Below, one piece after another: positions 52,562 to 61,392 of a stretch of 64,000 bases of DNA (positions are counted from its first letter, which is position 1; each line of letters starts with the position of its first letter). The stretch lies in the IMG/VR virus record IMGVR_UViG_3300042901_002340. The stretch is one strand, 5' to 3'. Both the position numbers and the translations under genes were made by a program. This DNA is from a virus (lineage: Duplodnaviria > Heunggongvirae > Uroviricota > Caudoviricetes). Under the pieces are notes generated by a model that did not search any database, had not been told where the DNA came from, and was given only the letters and a program-made list of their open reading frames with translations.

Positions 52562-54142
52562 TTAGATCACAATGGCTTCGATTTCTCTCAAAATTGCTTT
52601 TGGATCAACCTCAGCTTTTTTGATCATCTCGTAGATATCAGCAGAGTAACCAAAAAGTTGAACTAATTTGTTACCTGGTTTGAACATGGTTGTACCATAT
52701 CCTTGAATATCCACCGTGTAGATGAACGGCTCACCGTGTTTAGATTTGTAAGATTGGAAAGAACTGTTTGTAACGATTCTATCACCACCTTGTAAATCCG
52801 ATATGATGAAGACGCGGTCATATTTACCGCTTGATTGTAAAGTTGAGAAGATTGAACCGAAGTCCGTACCGTGTCCAACCCTACCTTGTAAGCTTAAACA
52901 TGTGTTTTTGATAGTGTTTATGCTATCACCTGGATTGTATCTAATATCCTCAGTTGTTGTTGCAAATTGATATAAATCAGCACCAATACCTTTTGCTAGG
53001 GTTGCTCCGATAAGAGCAGCTTTATCGATACAGTGTTTATTGATAGCTTTACCATTCATTTTAACACCTTGACCCATTCCGTGCATAGATCCTGACGTAT
53101 CTATAACAACAGCAGTTCTACCATGTGAGAATAATTCAACCAAGTTTGGTATTGCTAACTCGTAAGCTTTATTTAAAGCAGTAACGAATGGTCTAGATGC
53201 AGAAGCACTAGTTTCTTGTAAAAGAATCTCCAAAGCAATATCTATTTGGTGTGGGAAAACCAATGATTTTCTGATTAATTTCTCATCGATTAAAAGCTCA
53301 CATGCTCCACTAACTAATTCAGAGTTTGCGCTTGTGTTGATGATGTTTCTTAAGTTACGAAGCAATGCCAAGTAACCAATTTTTCTTGTTTTAATCAATT
53401 CAGCATAGTTGCTTTCTTTAGCCTGTGTTAATTCAACTTCAGCTTGAGCCTTGGTGATTTCCCCAGATTTAACTTTTGCAGCAACATCTTGTCCAGCTTT
53501 TGAGTTTTTATCCTCAACTGTATTGAACTGTTTTAATTTACCGGTCATAAGATCTTTAAAAACACCTTCCATTTGTGTGGTTGCTGGTTTTGGACGAACC
53601 AAGTTAACAACATCCACAAGAGAAACTGATTTTCCTTTACCTTGATATTTAGCTAATTCGTAGGTATCTGCTGATTCCAAAGCTGCTTTAAAACCTTTCT
53701 TCATTGAGTTAGGTAATGGTTTACCTGGATTGAAGTGTTGGTAAGCTGCAATGATCTCTAATACGTCATCTAAACGGTTTACAATACCCCCGGTTTTAGC
53801 ATTCTTATCTCTTTTTGAGAAGAATCTTTTACCTATGGCTGAACCAGATAAATGTTTAACTAATGACACAGATCCAAAGTGTGTTACAGATCTTTGTCCA
53901 ACAACTGTTCTCGCGTACACGAGCGCTTTCGCGACGAATTCAATATCTTTTTTAGATAATTCGTCGATGAGTTGAATGAGTCTATTCTCTCTATCTGATA
54001 ATTTTTCGTAGTATGAATTGTCTAATCCAGTGGTAAGAATTGCAATTAATTCCAATTTTGGATCATACTTCACACCAGTACCACCTTGGTGGTTTGTAAC
54101 TGTCTCTACAGTTCTTTTTACTTTTTGGTTGTAACGTGACAT
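52562..54142 (-). CDS. Ro60/Rsr TROVE-vWA RNA-binding protein
   Basis: TNHQGG N-terminus, YELAKYQ, LVDVVNLVRP, YLALLRNLRNI, vWA DTSGSM, GTDF, IISDLQ, GYS. Confidence 0.92.
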   Translation of the reverse strand: MSRYNQKVKRTVETVTNHQGGTGVKYDPKLELIAILTTGLDNSYYEKLSDRENRLIQLIDELSKKDIEFVAKALVYARTVVGQRSVTHFGSVSLVKHLSGSAIGKRFFSKRDKNAKTGGIVNRLDDVLEIIAAYQHFNPGKPLPNSMKKGFKAALESADTYELAKYQGKGKSVSLVDVVNLVRPKPATTQMEGVFKDLMTGKLKQFNTVEDKNSKAGQDVAAKVKSGEITKAQAEVELTQAKESNYAELIKTRKIGYLALLRNLRNIINTSANSELVSGACELLIDEKLIRKSLVFPHQIDIALEILLQETSASASRPFVTALNKAYELAIPNLVELFSHGRTAVVIDTSGSMHGMGQGVKMNGKAINKHCIDKAALIGATLAKGIGADLYQFATTTEDIRYNPGDSINTIKNTCLSLQGRVGHGTDFGSIFSTLQSSGKYDRVFIISDLQGGDRIVTNSSFQSYKSKHGEPFIYTVDIQGYGTTMFKPGNKLVQLFGYSADIYEMIKKAEVDPKAILREIEAIVI

Positions 54143-54557
54143 GATTATAATTGTTTATTCGTTTATATTATAAAATTGAGTTATCGAAAAGATAAAGCAT
54201 ATAGACCAGGTCAAATGCAAGATCAATGTCAAAGACCTTCCTCTATCGCAAAGGCAAGGACAAAAACTAAGTCTCGTTAGTTAGCCAATTATCTGCCTAG
54301 TGGTAAAGAGGTATCTTTCTCTATGGCTTTCAGTAACTTGTCTAACAATTGAGTTCTATCTCAGTTTTGTTTATTTTTATAGAAGAAGCGGAGTTTTGAG
54401 GCTCCCGAAGGAACCTCACAATTGCTGTATATGATTAATAGTCATTTATCTTATAAGATAATGGCTTGACGCCATTAATTAAAGGACCTTATCTCTCCGA
54501 ATCAAAGCATCAGGGGAATCGGCTTTTGCTTACCCCATCAGCACCTCAATTTATTTT

Positions 54558-55481
54558 TTATTTTTCTAGTTGTTTCAGAAACTCATCAACAACTGGTTGG
54601 AATCTAGCATCAACCTCGATTTTAAGGTTTACCGCTTCCGTGATTTTATTCTGACGCTCAGTTTCGAAATCTAGCTGAGCTTTTTTATAATCAGCTAGCC
54701 AAGATTCTCTCTTTTTGCTGTACTCGTTCATAGAAAGAGCATTTTTCTCGTTTACCTCAGCTTGCGCATCGGCATTCAATTTAGAGATTCTTGCATTCTC
54801 CTTGGTTACTGAATTCTTAACCTTCGATTTGAAGTAGTTAACTCTTTGTTCATAGCCTCTATGAAGAGCTGCCAACTCCTCGTGTGTTTTTAATAGTTCC
54901 TCAGACTTGTGATGCACGTTAACCTTGATAGGTGTTTTCTTACCCACCTCGACCTCCATAAACTCAAGGAGCTGAATCTTAGGCAATTCAGATCTTAAAC
55001 GATCTAACGTTCCACCTTTATGTATGAATTGACCTATGTGTGAAGCATAAGCCTCAGCCTCGATGAATTCATTATATTCTTCCATTGAGAGTTGTTCCCA
55101 ACCCCAATCCTCACTAACTTGAGAAAGAACTTCAGGTTGAACACTAGGTTCCCTCGTCGGTGCCGGATTTTCATTCTCGTAATCGAAATACTCGGTTTTG
55201 ATCCCGTTTATCATCACATCCTTAGCTTTTATATTCTCCATTAGGAAAGCCTGGGTTGCATGCAATCTCGCCTTTGATTTAAGAAGTTCTACAACATCAG
55301 TAGGCATAGGTTTTGCAGCGGTTAACTTATGATCCTCCTTAGAGATCTTTATCGTTTTTGATGCGTTATTGATATCAGCTAAAGCTGCAGTGATATCTTT
55401 TGATCTTTGGTTACAAAGATTTGATACTGATTGAGCTTGAGACATTGATAATCCTTTTGATGCTAATGAATTTCTTTTCAT
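54558..55481 (-). CDS. Coiled-coil hypothetical protein upstream of Ro60
   Basis: 307 aa clean ORF. Confidence 0.8.
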   Translation of the reverse strand: MKRNSLASKGLSMSQAQSVSNLCNQRSKDITAALADINNASKTIKISKEDHKLTAAKPMPTDVVELLKSKARLHATQAFLMENIKAKDVMINGIKTEYFDYENENPAPTREPSVQPEVLSQVSEDWGWEQLSMEEYNEFIEAEAYASHIGQFIHKGGTLDRLRSELPKIQLLEFMEVEVGKKTPIKVNVHHKSEELLKTHEELAALHRGYEQRVNYFKSKVKNSVTKENARISKLNADAQAEVNEKNALSMNEYSKKRESWLADYKKAQLDFETERQNKITEAVNLKIEVDARFQPVVDEFLKQLEK

Positions 55482-55528
55482 GATGTTCTAATTTTTGTTT
55501 TTATATTTTACTTTTAAATTTCTACAAT

Positions 55529-55566
55529 AAAAAAGGGATTAAGTCGCTTGGCGTCCTAATCCCTTT
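55529..55566 (-). terminator. Intrinsic terminator after Y-like RNA array
   Basis: aaagggatta/taatcccttt inverted repeat. Confidence 0.7.
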
Positions 55567-55575
55567 ATAAAACTA

Positions 55576-55716
55576 ACAGAGAATGATGTAAGAAGTGTGA
55601 ACAATTTAATGTCTGATTTACTGTCAGATGACTTAACCACTTGTCTAAATTTCCATTTTGGCGGAAACTATCGGAGTCGAACCGATGTGCGATGTAACTT
55701 CTATACTTACTACTGT
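55576..55716 (-). ncRNA. Y-RNA-like element A (circularly permuted tRNA opened at variable loop)
   Basis: Order: helix 5' strand, T arm atcgg-ttcgact-ccgat, acceptor agtttcc-gcca, aaat, ggaaatt, D arm, tctga-cagtaaa-tcaga, helix 3' strand. Confidence 0.75.
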
Positions 55717-55725
55717 CGTATGTTT

Positions 55726-55880
55726 TATAAGGGAATGATGTAAATAGCGTTTTTTCTAACGTGCTCTACCAACTGAGCTATTCCCCCAAATTTTTAATTT
55801 GTTTGGTGGGGGAAGATGGATTCGAACCACCGACACCGTGCTTTCAATGCGCGAAGTAACTATTTTACTGACCACTTATA
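55726..55880 (-). ncRNA. Y-RNA-like element B (YrlA-like, permuted tRNA opened at anticodon arm)
   Basis: Helix 5' strand, gcacg, T arm ggtgg-ttcgaat-ccatc, ttccccc-acca, linker, gggggaa, D arm gctc-agttggta-gagc, cgt, helix 3' strand. Confidence 0.8.
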
Positions 55881-55890
55881 ATATGTTTTT

Positions 55891-56020
55891 TGTAAGGGAA
55901 TGACAGGACGAAAGAAATGATGTTTTTGTGGGAGTTGAACCCACTACCTTAAATACCAAAAATTTACGATCTACCAAATGATCTAAAAAACGATGAATTT
56001 CGTTACCTTTACCACTTACA
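55891..56020 (-). ncRNA. Y-RNA-like element C (unpermuted tRNA body, helix continues acceptor stem)
   Basis: tgtaag/cttaca terminal helix; gttttt/aaaaac, D arm gatc, taaat-ttttggt-attta, T arm gtggg-ttcaact-cccac. Confidence 0.72.
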
Positions 56021-56097
56021 ATAATACTTTTCAATGAACGTTTTTGTGATTATTATATAAGAGAAAATCCTCTTTGTTTCATAAAAAATCAACATTT

Positions 56098-56712
56098 TTA
56101 TTTTTTTCTTTGTGTTTTTCCGAATTTCCATCCATCTGGTGGAATTTCTTCCTTACTCAATCTTGCATTCTCTGTCCCGTTTGTTATCCAACCGAGACCT
56201 TTCAATTTATTTTGTATTGCTCCTAATTTCCAACCTTCTGGTATGGAGACATCACTTTTAATTTTTTTTGAATTTGTACCATCGTTAATCCATCTGGTTC
56301 CAAATTGTGAATTTTTATTTCCCTGTTGATTCCCTAGATTCCTCGATGAGATATGCTTTAATTCACCGCTTAGATATCTTGGATCATCGACTCTTACATT
56401 TATAAAATTTCCATCGTTGTCAATTACTGTTGAGAATCCATTTGTATGAAAACTTTTTCCTGGAACATGATAATTTCTATTTAGTTGATTCCTTATATTT
56501 TTATAGATCTCTATAGATTCAAATTCAATTGCTTCCTCTCTATTACTAAAACCTTCACTTAGTATCATTTTTCTAAGTTTTGTTTTATCAGGATTCCATG
56601 TTTTCATTGATCCTAGATATGAATCTATTGATGGGTGAACCTTACTGCTTCTGCTTCCTATATAATATTCACCAGTCTCTATATGCTCAACCTTATAAAC
56701 GTAATGATACAT
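56098..56712 (-). CDS. GIY-YIG (Seg-like) homing endonuclease
   Basis: HYVYKVEH..TGEYYIGSR, YLGS, repeated WI(N/T).GT and GWK.G modules. Confidence 0.85.
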   Translation of the reverse strand: MYHYVYKVEHIETGEYYIGSRSSKVHPSIDSYLGSMKTWNPDKTKLRKMILSEGFSNREEAIEFESIEIYKNIRNQLNRNYHVPGKSFHTNGFSTVIDNDGNFINVRVDDPRYLSGELKHISSRNLGNQQGNKNSQFGTRWINDGTNSKKIKSDVSIPEGWKLGAIQNKLKGLGWITNGTENARLSKEEIPPDGWKFGKTQRKK

Positions 56713-56771
56713 AATTTTTTCATTTATATATCATTACTTCGTTTTTATTTCGGAAACGAAGTAACTTTTTG

Positions 56772-56845
56772 TCGGTAGAGGAGGACTCGAACCTCCGGCC
56801 TTCGAAGTATCAGTTCGACGCTCTAACCAACTGAGCTACCTACCG
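56772..56845 (-). tRNA. tRNA-Ile(GAT)
   Basis: Cloverleaf, loop CTGATAC, unusual C1-G72. Confidence 0.88.
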
Positions 56846-56886
56846 TGGATTGGGTTTTTGAAAGAAACCCTTATGTAAAACTTTTG

Positions 56887-56957
56887 AGATCCCAGAGGGA
56901 TTCGAACCCCCGTCTTCAGATCCGTATTCTGAAATTCTTCCGCTGAACTATGGGACC
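56887..56957 (-). tRNA. tRNA-Arg(ACG)
   Basis: Cloverleaf, loop ATACGGA. Confidence 0.88.
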
Positions 56958-57139
56958 AGTTAAAAATTAATTCTCCTTGCCTCCATCTACAAGTAGCAAT
57001 AAATGTGTTTCCCCTTTCGTTGAATCGCCCTATAGACTCAGTTGCAACTAATTGGCACTTAGATACCGCCTTCTGTTCTCACGTATTAAGGTTACACTTT
57101 AGAAATTTACCTCTACGGACACCAGGAGAATCAATTATA

Positions 57140-57313
57140 TTATAATTTTGCTTGGAGAATTACAATATCCCTTTTTATCCTTTTAACATCAGCATCGGTT
57201 AAATCAGCCTTAACGTCTCTCGTACCCTTTACTGTTTTAAGCCCACTTGCTAATTGGTTTTCCAACATTGATAATGCTCTTGCTTGTCTAGATCTTTTTG
57301 GTGCTGTAGCCAT
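57140..57313 (-). CDS. Small basic hypothetical protein (57 aa, not in ORF track)
   Basis: MATAPKRSRQARALSMLENQLASG...; directly after TATATTTGCA promoter at 57341-57350. Confidence 0.65.
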   Translation of the reverse strand: MATAPKRSRQARALSMLENQLASGLKTVKGTRDVKADLTDADVKRIKRDIVILQAKL

Positions 57314-57374
57314 CTTTTTATTTATTGTTAATTATTATGTTGCAAATATATGACATCCTTTCGGGATAAAAAAA

Positions 57375-57836
57375 TTAATTTGTAATTTTTTCAACAATAA
57401 TTTCCTTCACTTTAACCGGACTTGCCATACCAGGAAACTTTTTATTGAAAGCTCCGATAACTTTACCAGTAAGAGCTTGAGAGTTTAGGTTTGCACCATC
57501 AAATTCTGCTATAAGCTCAAGAACTGCTGAAGATATTTCTGAATCTTCCATTTGTTTAGGTAGATAAGACTCTATTGGTTTTAATTCTAGAGTTTCTTGT
57601 TCAACAAGATCCATTCTACCAGCTTTAGTAAATTCATCAACTGATTGTTTTCTTTGTTTGATTGTGCTTATGACAATCTTTAAAACATCAGCATCACTAA
57701 GCTCTGTACCAGCAGGTCCAGCTTTCTCAGCTTCCAAAATTTTTGACTTTAGCCCACTTAATGAGCTTTTACCTATTGTGTCCTTTGCCTTAAATGCTGC
57801 AATATAATCAGCATTGATTTTCTCTTTTAGTGTCAT
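57375..57836 (-). CDS. GatB/YqeY domain protein
   Basis: MTLKEKINAD..AAFKAKD, KQRKQS..EF.KAGR.DL..QE..E...IESYLPKQM; start moved to MTLK. Confidence 0.9.
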   Translation of the reverse strand: MTLKEKINADYIAAFKAKDTIGKSSLSGLKSKILEAEKAGPAGTELSDADVLKIVISTIKQRKQSVDEFTKAGRMDLVEQETLELKPIESYLPKQMEDSEISSAVLELIAEFDGANLNSQALTGKVIGAFNKKFPGMASPVKVKEIIVEKITN

Positions 57837-57851
57837 GTTTTCAATTTTTAG

Positions 57852-57920
57852 TGGAATATTGGGGCTCGAACCCTGCCTCCCGCTGTTTAGCGATTGCACA
57901 TCCGCTTGTGCTTTTATCCC
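57852..57920 (-). pseudogene. tRNA-like element lacking a 7-nt anticodon loop
   Basis: Acceptor, D arm gcac/gtgc and GGTTCGAGCC T loop present; anticodon arm tcgct-aaac-agcgg. Confidence 0.55.
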
Positions 57921-57984
57921 GTGGCCGGGGTTTATGGGTATTTATTAATCACCCCCAATGGGCCGACCCTTGGTGACATGCCAT

Positions 57985-58374
57985 TTAGATAGCTCCTTCT
58001 CCACCGCCTATGAAATATAAAACTGATCTGATATTTCTTTGTTCGTTACCGAGAGCTTCTATTTTGATTCTTTTCTCCTGCATGGATCTTTGTGTTTTAG
58101 CAAGATCCGTTTTAGCAACGATTAGCTCGTAATTATCTGCGGTTTTTTCGACGAAAGCAGCATCTCTTGCTTCTGCATTACTATAAGCTTTTTTACCAGC
58201 TCCGTCAACTGTTGCACTTATTTCTGTTTTAATTACAGATTCGATCTGTGTGATCTTATCTGATTGGGATTGCGAAGTTTCAGTTAATGTTAATAATTCT
58301 AATTGTGCTTCAACAACCTTTGCGGGAATCTCCAATAGTCTATTAGCTAATGATTCCAATCTTTCCCTTTCCAT
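57985..58374 (-). CDS. Coiled-coil hypothetical protein
   Basis: GKKAYSNAEAR.AA motif. Confidence 0.75.
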   Translation of the reverse strand: MERERLESLANRLLEIPAKVVEAQLELLTLTETSQSQSDKITQIESVIKTEISATVDGAGKKAYSNAEARDAAFVEKTADNYELIVAKTDLAKTQRSMQEKRIKIEALGNEQRNIRSVLYFIGGGEGAI

Positions 58375-58395
58375 TTCGAAATGTTTAAAAATTAG

Positions 58396-58485
58396 TGATC
58401 AGAACAGGAATCGAACCTGTGCACGACTGAAGATACCCTACTCCCGTAGATCGACTGCCTATACTGCCCTTTATATTACCCGATC
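58396..58485 (-). ncRNA. tRNA-like element with acceptor and T arm, irregular centre
   Basis: gatcggg/tctgatc and acagg-ttcgatt-cctgt. Confidence 0.55.
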
Positions 58486-58781
58486 AATTTTATCAATTTG
58501 AAGCTCACAATGGACCCAACTTTAAGCTCAAAAATGCTCGAAATTGAGATACAAATGAGGGGCTTTGTGAGCTTCATTTCCTATTGAGATCCAATTCAGA
58601 CTTTAGACCGCTACTAACACCATTTATCCATACTCTTGAAATGAAATGTGAAGGAATCGAACCTCCCTAGAGCCGTCGCCCCATACTCAGAATAACACCT
58701 ATTTTCTACCCTTTGGTGATGACTTTCGTCTGTTCATCTTATTCCTCCTTTTTTGCTCTTTCGAACTAATTGGATCTCTTG

Positions 58782-58856
58782 TGATTCCTATACGATTCGA
58801 ACGTATGACCCCCTGCTTGTAAAACAGGTGCTCTGAACCAACTGAGCTAAGGAACC
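58782..58856 (-). tRNA. tRNA-Val(TAC)
   Basis: Cloverleaf, loop TTTACAA. Confidence 0.93.
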
Positions 58857-58873
58857 GGCTGCTGATATTGCTA

Positions 58874-59455
58874 TCAGCCTATTTTATTTACTTTTGACTT
58901 CTTCTTCGCCTTCTGTTCTTCAATCTTAGCTGAGAATATCTCTTTTACTCTACCATCATGGTAGAATATTCTAGCATCAGGAGATGTCCAACCGTATTGG
59001 TCAGCTACTATCTGTGCATAATCTTCTATGCTATTAAGCTTAACCAATCCCTCTATTATTGGTGATCCATATTTTTCACCCAGAGATGGTTCCTTTACCC
59101 ATTCGAATGCGGAATATCTGACTTTCAATAGGTCCAATGCCTCCTCAGGAGAAGATTCTCTATGAACCCATTCCTCCACCGGATAAGACCCATCTTTTTC
59201 CTTGGTCATCGATTCTAAATTAATAGCTGAATATGCACCATACCAACGATCTCCACAGCATGGACAATCGGATCCTTCATCAACACCATTCCAATAACAT
59301 CCGAGACCTTCAGCAATCGAATCTGCTTCATCCGAACTATTTGCTTCTATGAATAATCTGTGACATAGGTTATCGTCTGTTGCAAACGAACCACCAGTGT
59401 TGTTTTGAGAATACTCGTAAAATTTTAAACCTGCTTCTTCTTTTTTTCTTGTCAT
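58874..59455 (-). CDS. Phage hypothetical protein
   Basis: FYEYSQNNTGG, DCPCCGDRW motifs. Confidence 0.8.
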   Translation of the reverse strand: MTRKKEEAGLKFYEYSQNNTGGSFATDDNLCHRLFIEANSSDEADSIAEGLGCYWNGVDEGSDCPCCGDRWYGAYSAINLESMTKEKDGSYPVEEWVHRESSPEEALDLLKVRYSAFEWVKEPSLGEKYGSPIIEGLVKLNSIEDYAQIVADQYGWTSPDARIFYHDGRVKEIFSAKIEEQKAKKKSKVNKIG

Positions 59456-59465
59456 CTTTTTTGTT

Positions 59466-59696
59466 TTAAAAATAAATCCATCCTGCGCATCTCTTAGGAT
59501 ACTTGGGTGTGAAATCTATGCAATCTGGATCTCCACCTCTGATGAATTCGAACATTGATACTTTTTCTTTTGTCCTGTTTGCTTTGTTGAATTGTCTAAC
59601 GAAGTCTCTTGGAACATTATTCCAATAATGATATCTGCCAGGCGTGTGGCGTCTTCTTTGTGCTTCGGTCCAAGACCAGCTCTTTTTTGTTTTCAT
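59466..59696 (-). CDS. Small basic hypothetical protein
   Basis: 76 aa ORF; start codon lies in a hairpin. Confidence 0.65.
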   Translation of the reverse strand: MKTKKSWSWTEAQRRRHTPGRYHYWNNVPRDFVRQFNKANRTKEKVSMFEFIRGGDPDCIDFTPKYPKRCAGWIYF

Positions 59697-59760
59697 GTTG
59701 TATTAGGTTATTTTACCTAATACATGTCGAATTTCTTTTTCATTGTTAAAAATATTTTTG

Positions 59761-59833
59761 TGGACCTGAAGGGATTTGAACCCTCATCCTCCTCCGTGCA
59801 AGGGAGGCGCTCAGCCAGTTGAGCTACAGGCCC
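59761..59833 (-). tRNA. tRNA-Ala(TGC)
   Basis: Cloverleaf, G3-U70, loop CTTGCAC. Confidence 0.95.
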
Positions 59834-59841
59834 GGTTTTAG

Positions 59842-59914
59842 TAGCGTGTGCGGGGATCGAACCTGCGACCTAGAGTTTATGATTCTCTCGCTCTGCCAAC
59901 TGAGCTAACACGCC
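59842..59914 (-). tRNA. tRNA-Met(CAT), elongator-like
   Basis: GGCGTGT acceptor, loop ATCATAA. Confidence 0.88.
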
Positions 59915-59955
59915 AATTCATAGGTTTTTAATTGAACCTATGAAAACAATCACTT

Positions 59956-60189
59956 CTACTGGTGATGTTTGACATATCTGCCAAATCGATCAACTCTAAC
60001 CTCCATTTTAGTAAGGTTAAAATTCCAGTTTTGAAACACACCCAAGCCAGATCTTTGTCTTGCTTGTTTGTTCGCAGATTGCTCTGCCTTCTCACGTCCT
60101 TCTTCCGTAGTTTCTACGAAAAAAGTGGGAGCCTGAACACCAGTCTTACTGGTAGGAACTACTCTCCAAATTCTCAATTTCTGAGTCAT
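59956..60189 (-). CDS. Hypothetical protein
   Basis: 77 aa ORF. Confidence 0.65.
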   Translation of the reverse strand: MTQKLRIWRVVPTSKTGVQAPTFFVETTEEGREKAEQSANKQARQRSGLGVFQNWNFNLTKMEVRVDRFGRYVKHHQ

Positions 60190-60256
60190 AATTGTTTATC
60201 TAACAATTATGATCTACGAGCTGTCTTCGATTGCTTTCATTTGTTCTATTATATTT

Positions 60257-60544
60257 TTAAAATAACTTGTTTCCTTTATTAGCATATTTTACTAATATTT
60301 CTCCGTGACATCTTTTTGGTTTACACCAACACCCTAGAGTTTTTCCTTTAATCTCATGTAGAGAATTCATTAGCTCGTTGTTCTGAAGAAGATATTCCTC
60401 ATACTTATCAATTGCTTCTTTTCTCGAAGCAACTTTAAACTCTGCTAATGTGTCTTCCTTATGTGAATATGGATTACCCCATTTTGAGGGTCTTCCTATA
60501 TAGACATCATATGGGTCGGTCTTAATGTTTACTACTTTAGACAT
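60257..60544 (-). CDS. DUF4326 family protein
   Basis: DVYIGRPSKWGNPY, LGCWCKP..CHG. Confidence 0.9.
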   Translation of the reverse strand: MSKVVNIKTDPYDVYIGRPSKWGNPYSHKEDTLAEFKVASRKEAIDKYEEYLLQNNELMNSLHEIKGKTLGCWCKPKRCHGEILVKYANKGNKLF

Positions 60545-60557
60545 CTGTTTATTTTTG

Positions 60558-60629
60558 AGCAGGTGGAGGGAATCGAACCCTCATATCCAGCTTGGAAGGC
60601 TGGCATACTAACCGTTGTACTACACCTGC
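60558..60629 (-). tRNA. tRNA-Gly(TCC)
   Basis: Cloverleaf, loop CTTCCAA, U73. Confidence 0.93.
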
Positions 60630-60678
60630 TTATTGGAGCCGGCACGATGATTCAATCGTGGATCACCCGGCATGTTTT

Positions 60679-61338
60679 TTAAAATTTCATTTTTCTTCCC
60701 AGTTTCCATCCTTCTGTAATATAATTTTCAATATCAGAGGCTTCAACAGACATGGATTTTTTAATATTTTCATTGTAGATCCATTTCTTTCCAAAATTTG
60801 AATTTCCATTACCTTTTTGATGTATAGAATTTGATGTACCAATTCTTTTTTTTGTTTCTTCCGTGTGTTCTTTATTTAAAAATGATTTTGCTCCAGCTTC
60901 TCTTAATATTGCTGATTTCTCTGGATCTTCCCATAGCCTTTTAAGATTTTCTGATGATACTACCGCCATTTTTTCTCTATATCCTTGAGTGTTCCAATTT
61001 TTTTTATTTGATACCGATGCTCCTTTTTTTTGCCATTCCAACAACCATCCTCCTTCTCCACCTTTATTAATATTCATACACATTGGATCTTTTAAAAGAT
61101 CCTCATTAACTATTGCAATTTCACGTTGTCTTAATGATTCTCTATCATCGAAATATTCTAAAATTTCTTTAGTGTGTGCTTCCTTACCGTGTTTCCTTAT
61201 GGAATTTCTTATTCTTTTTCCTCCGCCCATATAGTCATCATCCAAATTATGTGTTGAATGCATGCCTATATAATATTTACCATTTTTTATGTTTATTATC
61301 TTATAAAGATAATGAAACTGCTTTTCTTTTCTTGCCAT
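60679..61338 (-). CDS. GIY-YIG (Seg-like) homing endonuclease
   Basis: Third MARKEK paralogue. Confidence 0.88.
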   Translation of the reverse strand: MARKEKQFHYLYKIINIKNGKYYIGMHSTHNLDDDYMGGGKRIRNSIRKHGKEAHTKEILEYFDDRESLRQREIAIVNEDLLKDPMCMNINKGGEGGWLLEWQKKGASVSNKKNWNTQGYREKMAVVSSENLKRLWEDPEKSAILREAGAKSFLNKEHTEETKKRIGTSNSIHQKGNGNSNFGKKWIYNENIKKSMSVEASDIENYITEGWKLGRKMKF

Positions 61339-61392
61339 TTCTATACTTTAGTTTAGATTATATATCTAAACTAAAGTACGAAAAAGCGCCAG

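Noticed and set aside
56734-56765. GTTACTTCG as a fifth Y-like element
   Set aside because: It is one arm of a local hairpin ahead of an endonuclease promoter and lacks the other shared helix motifs
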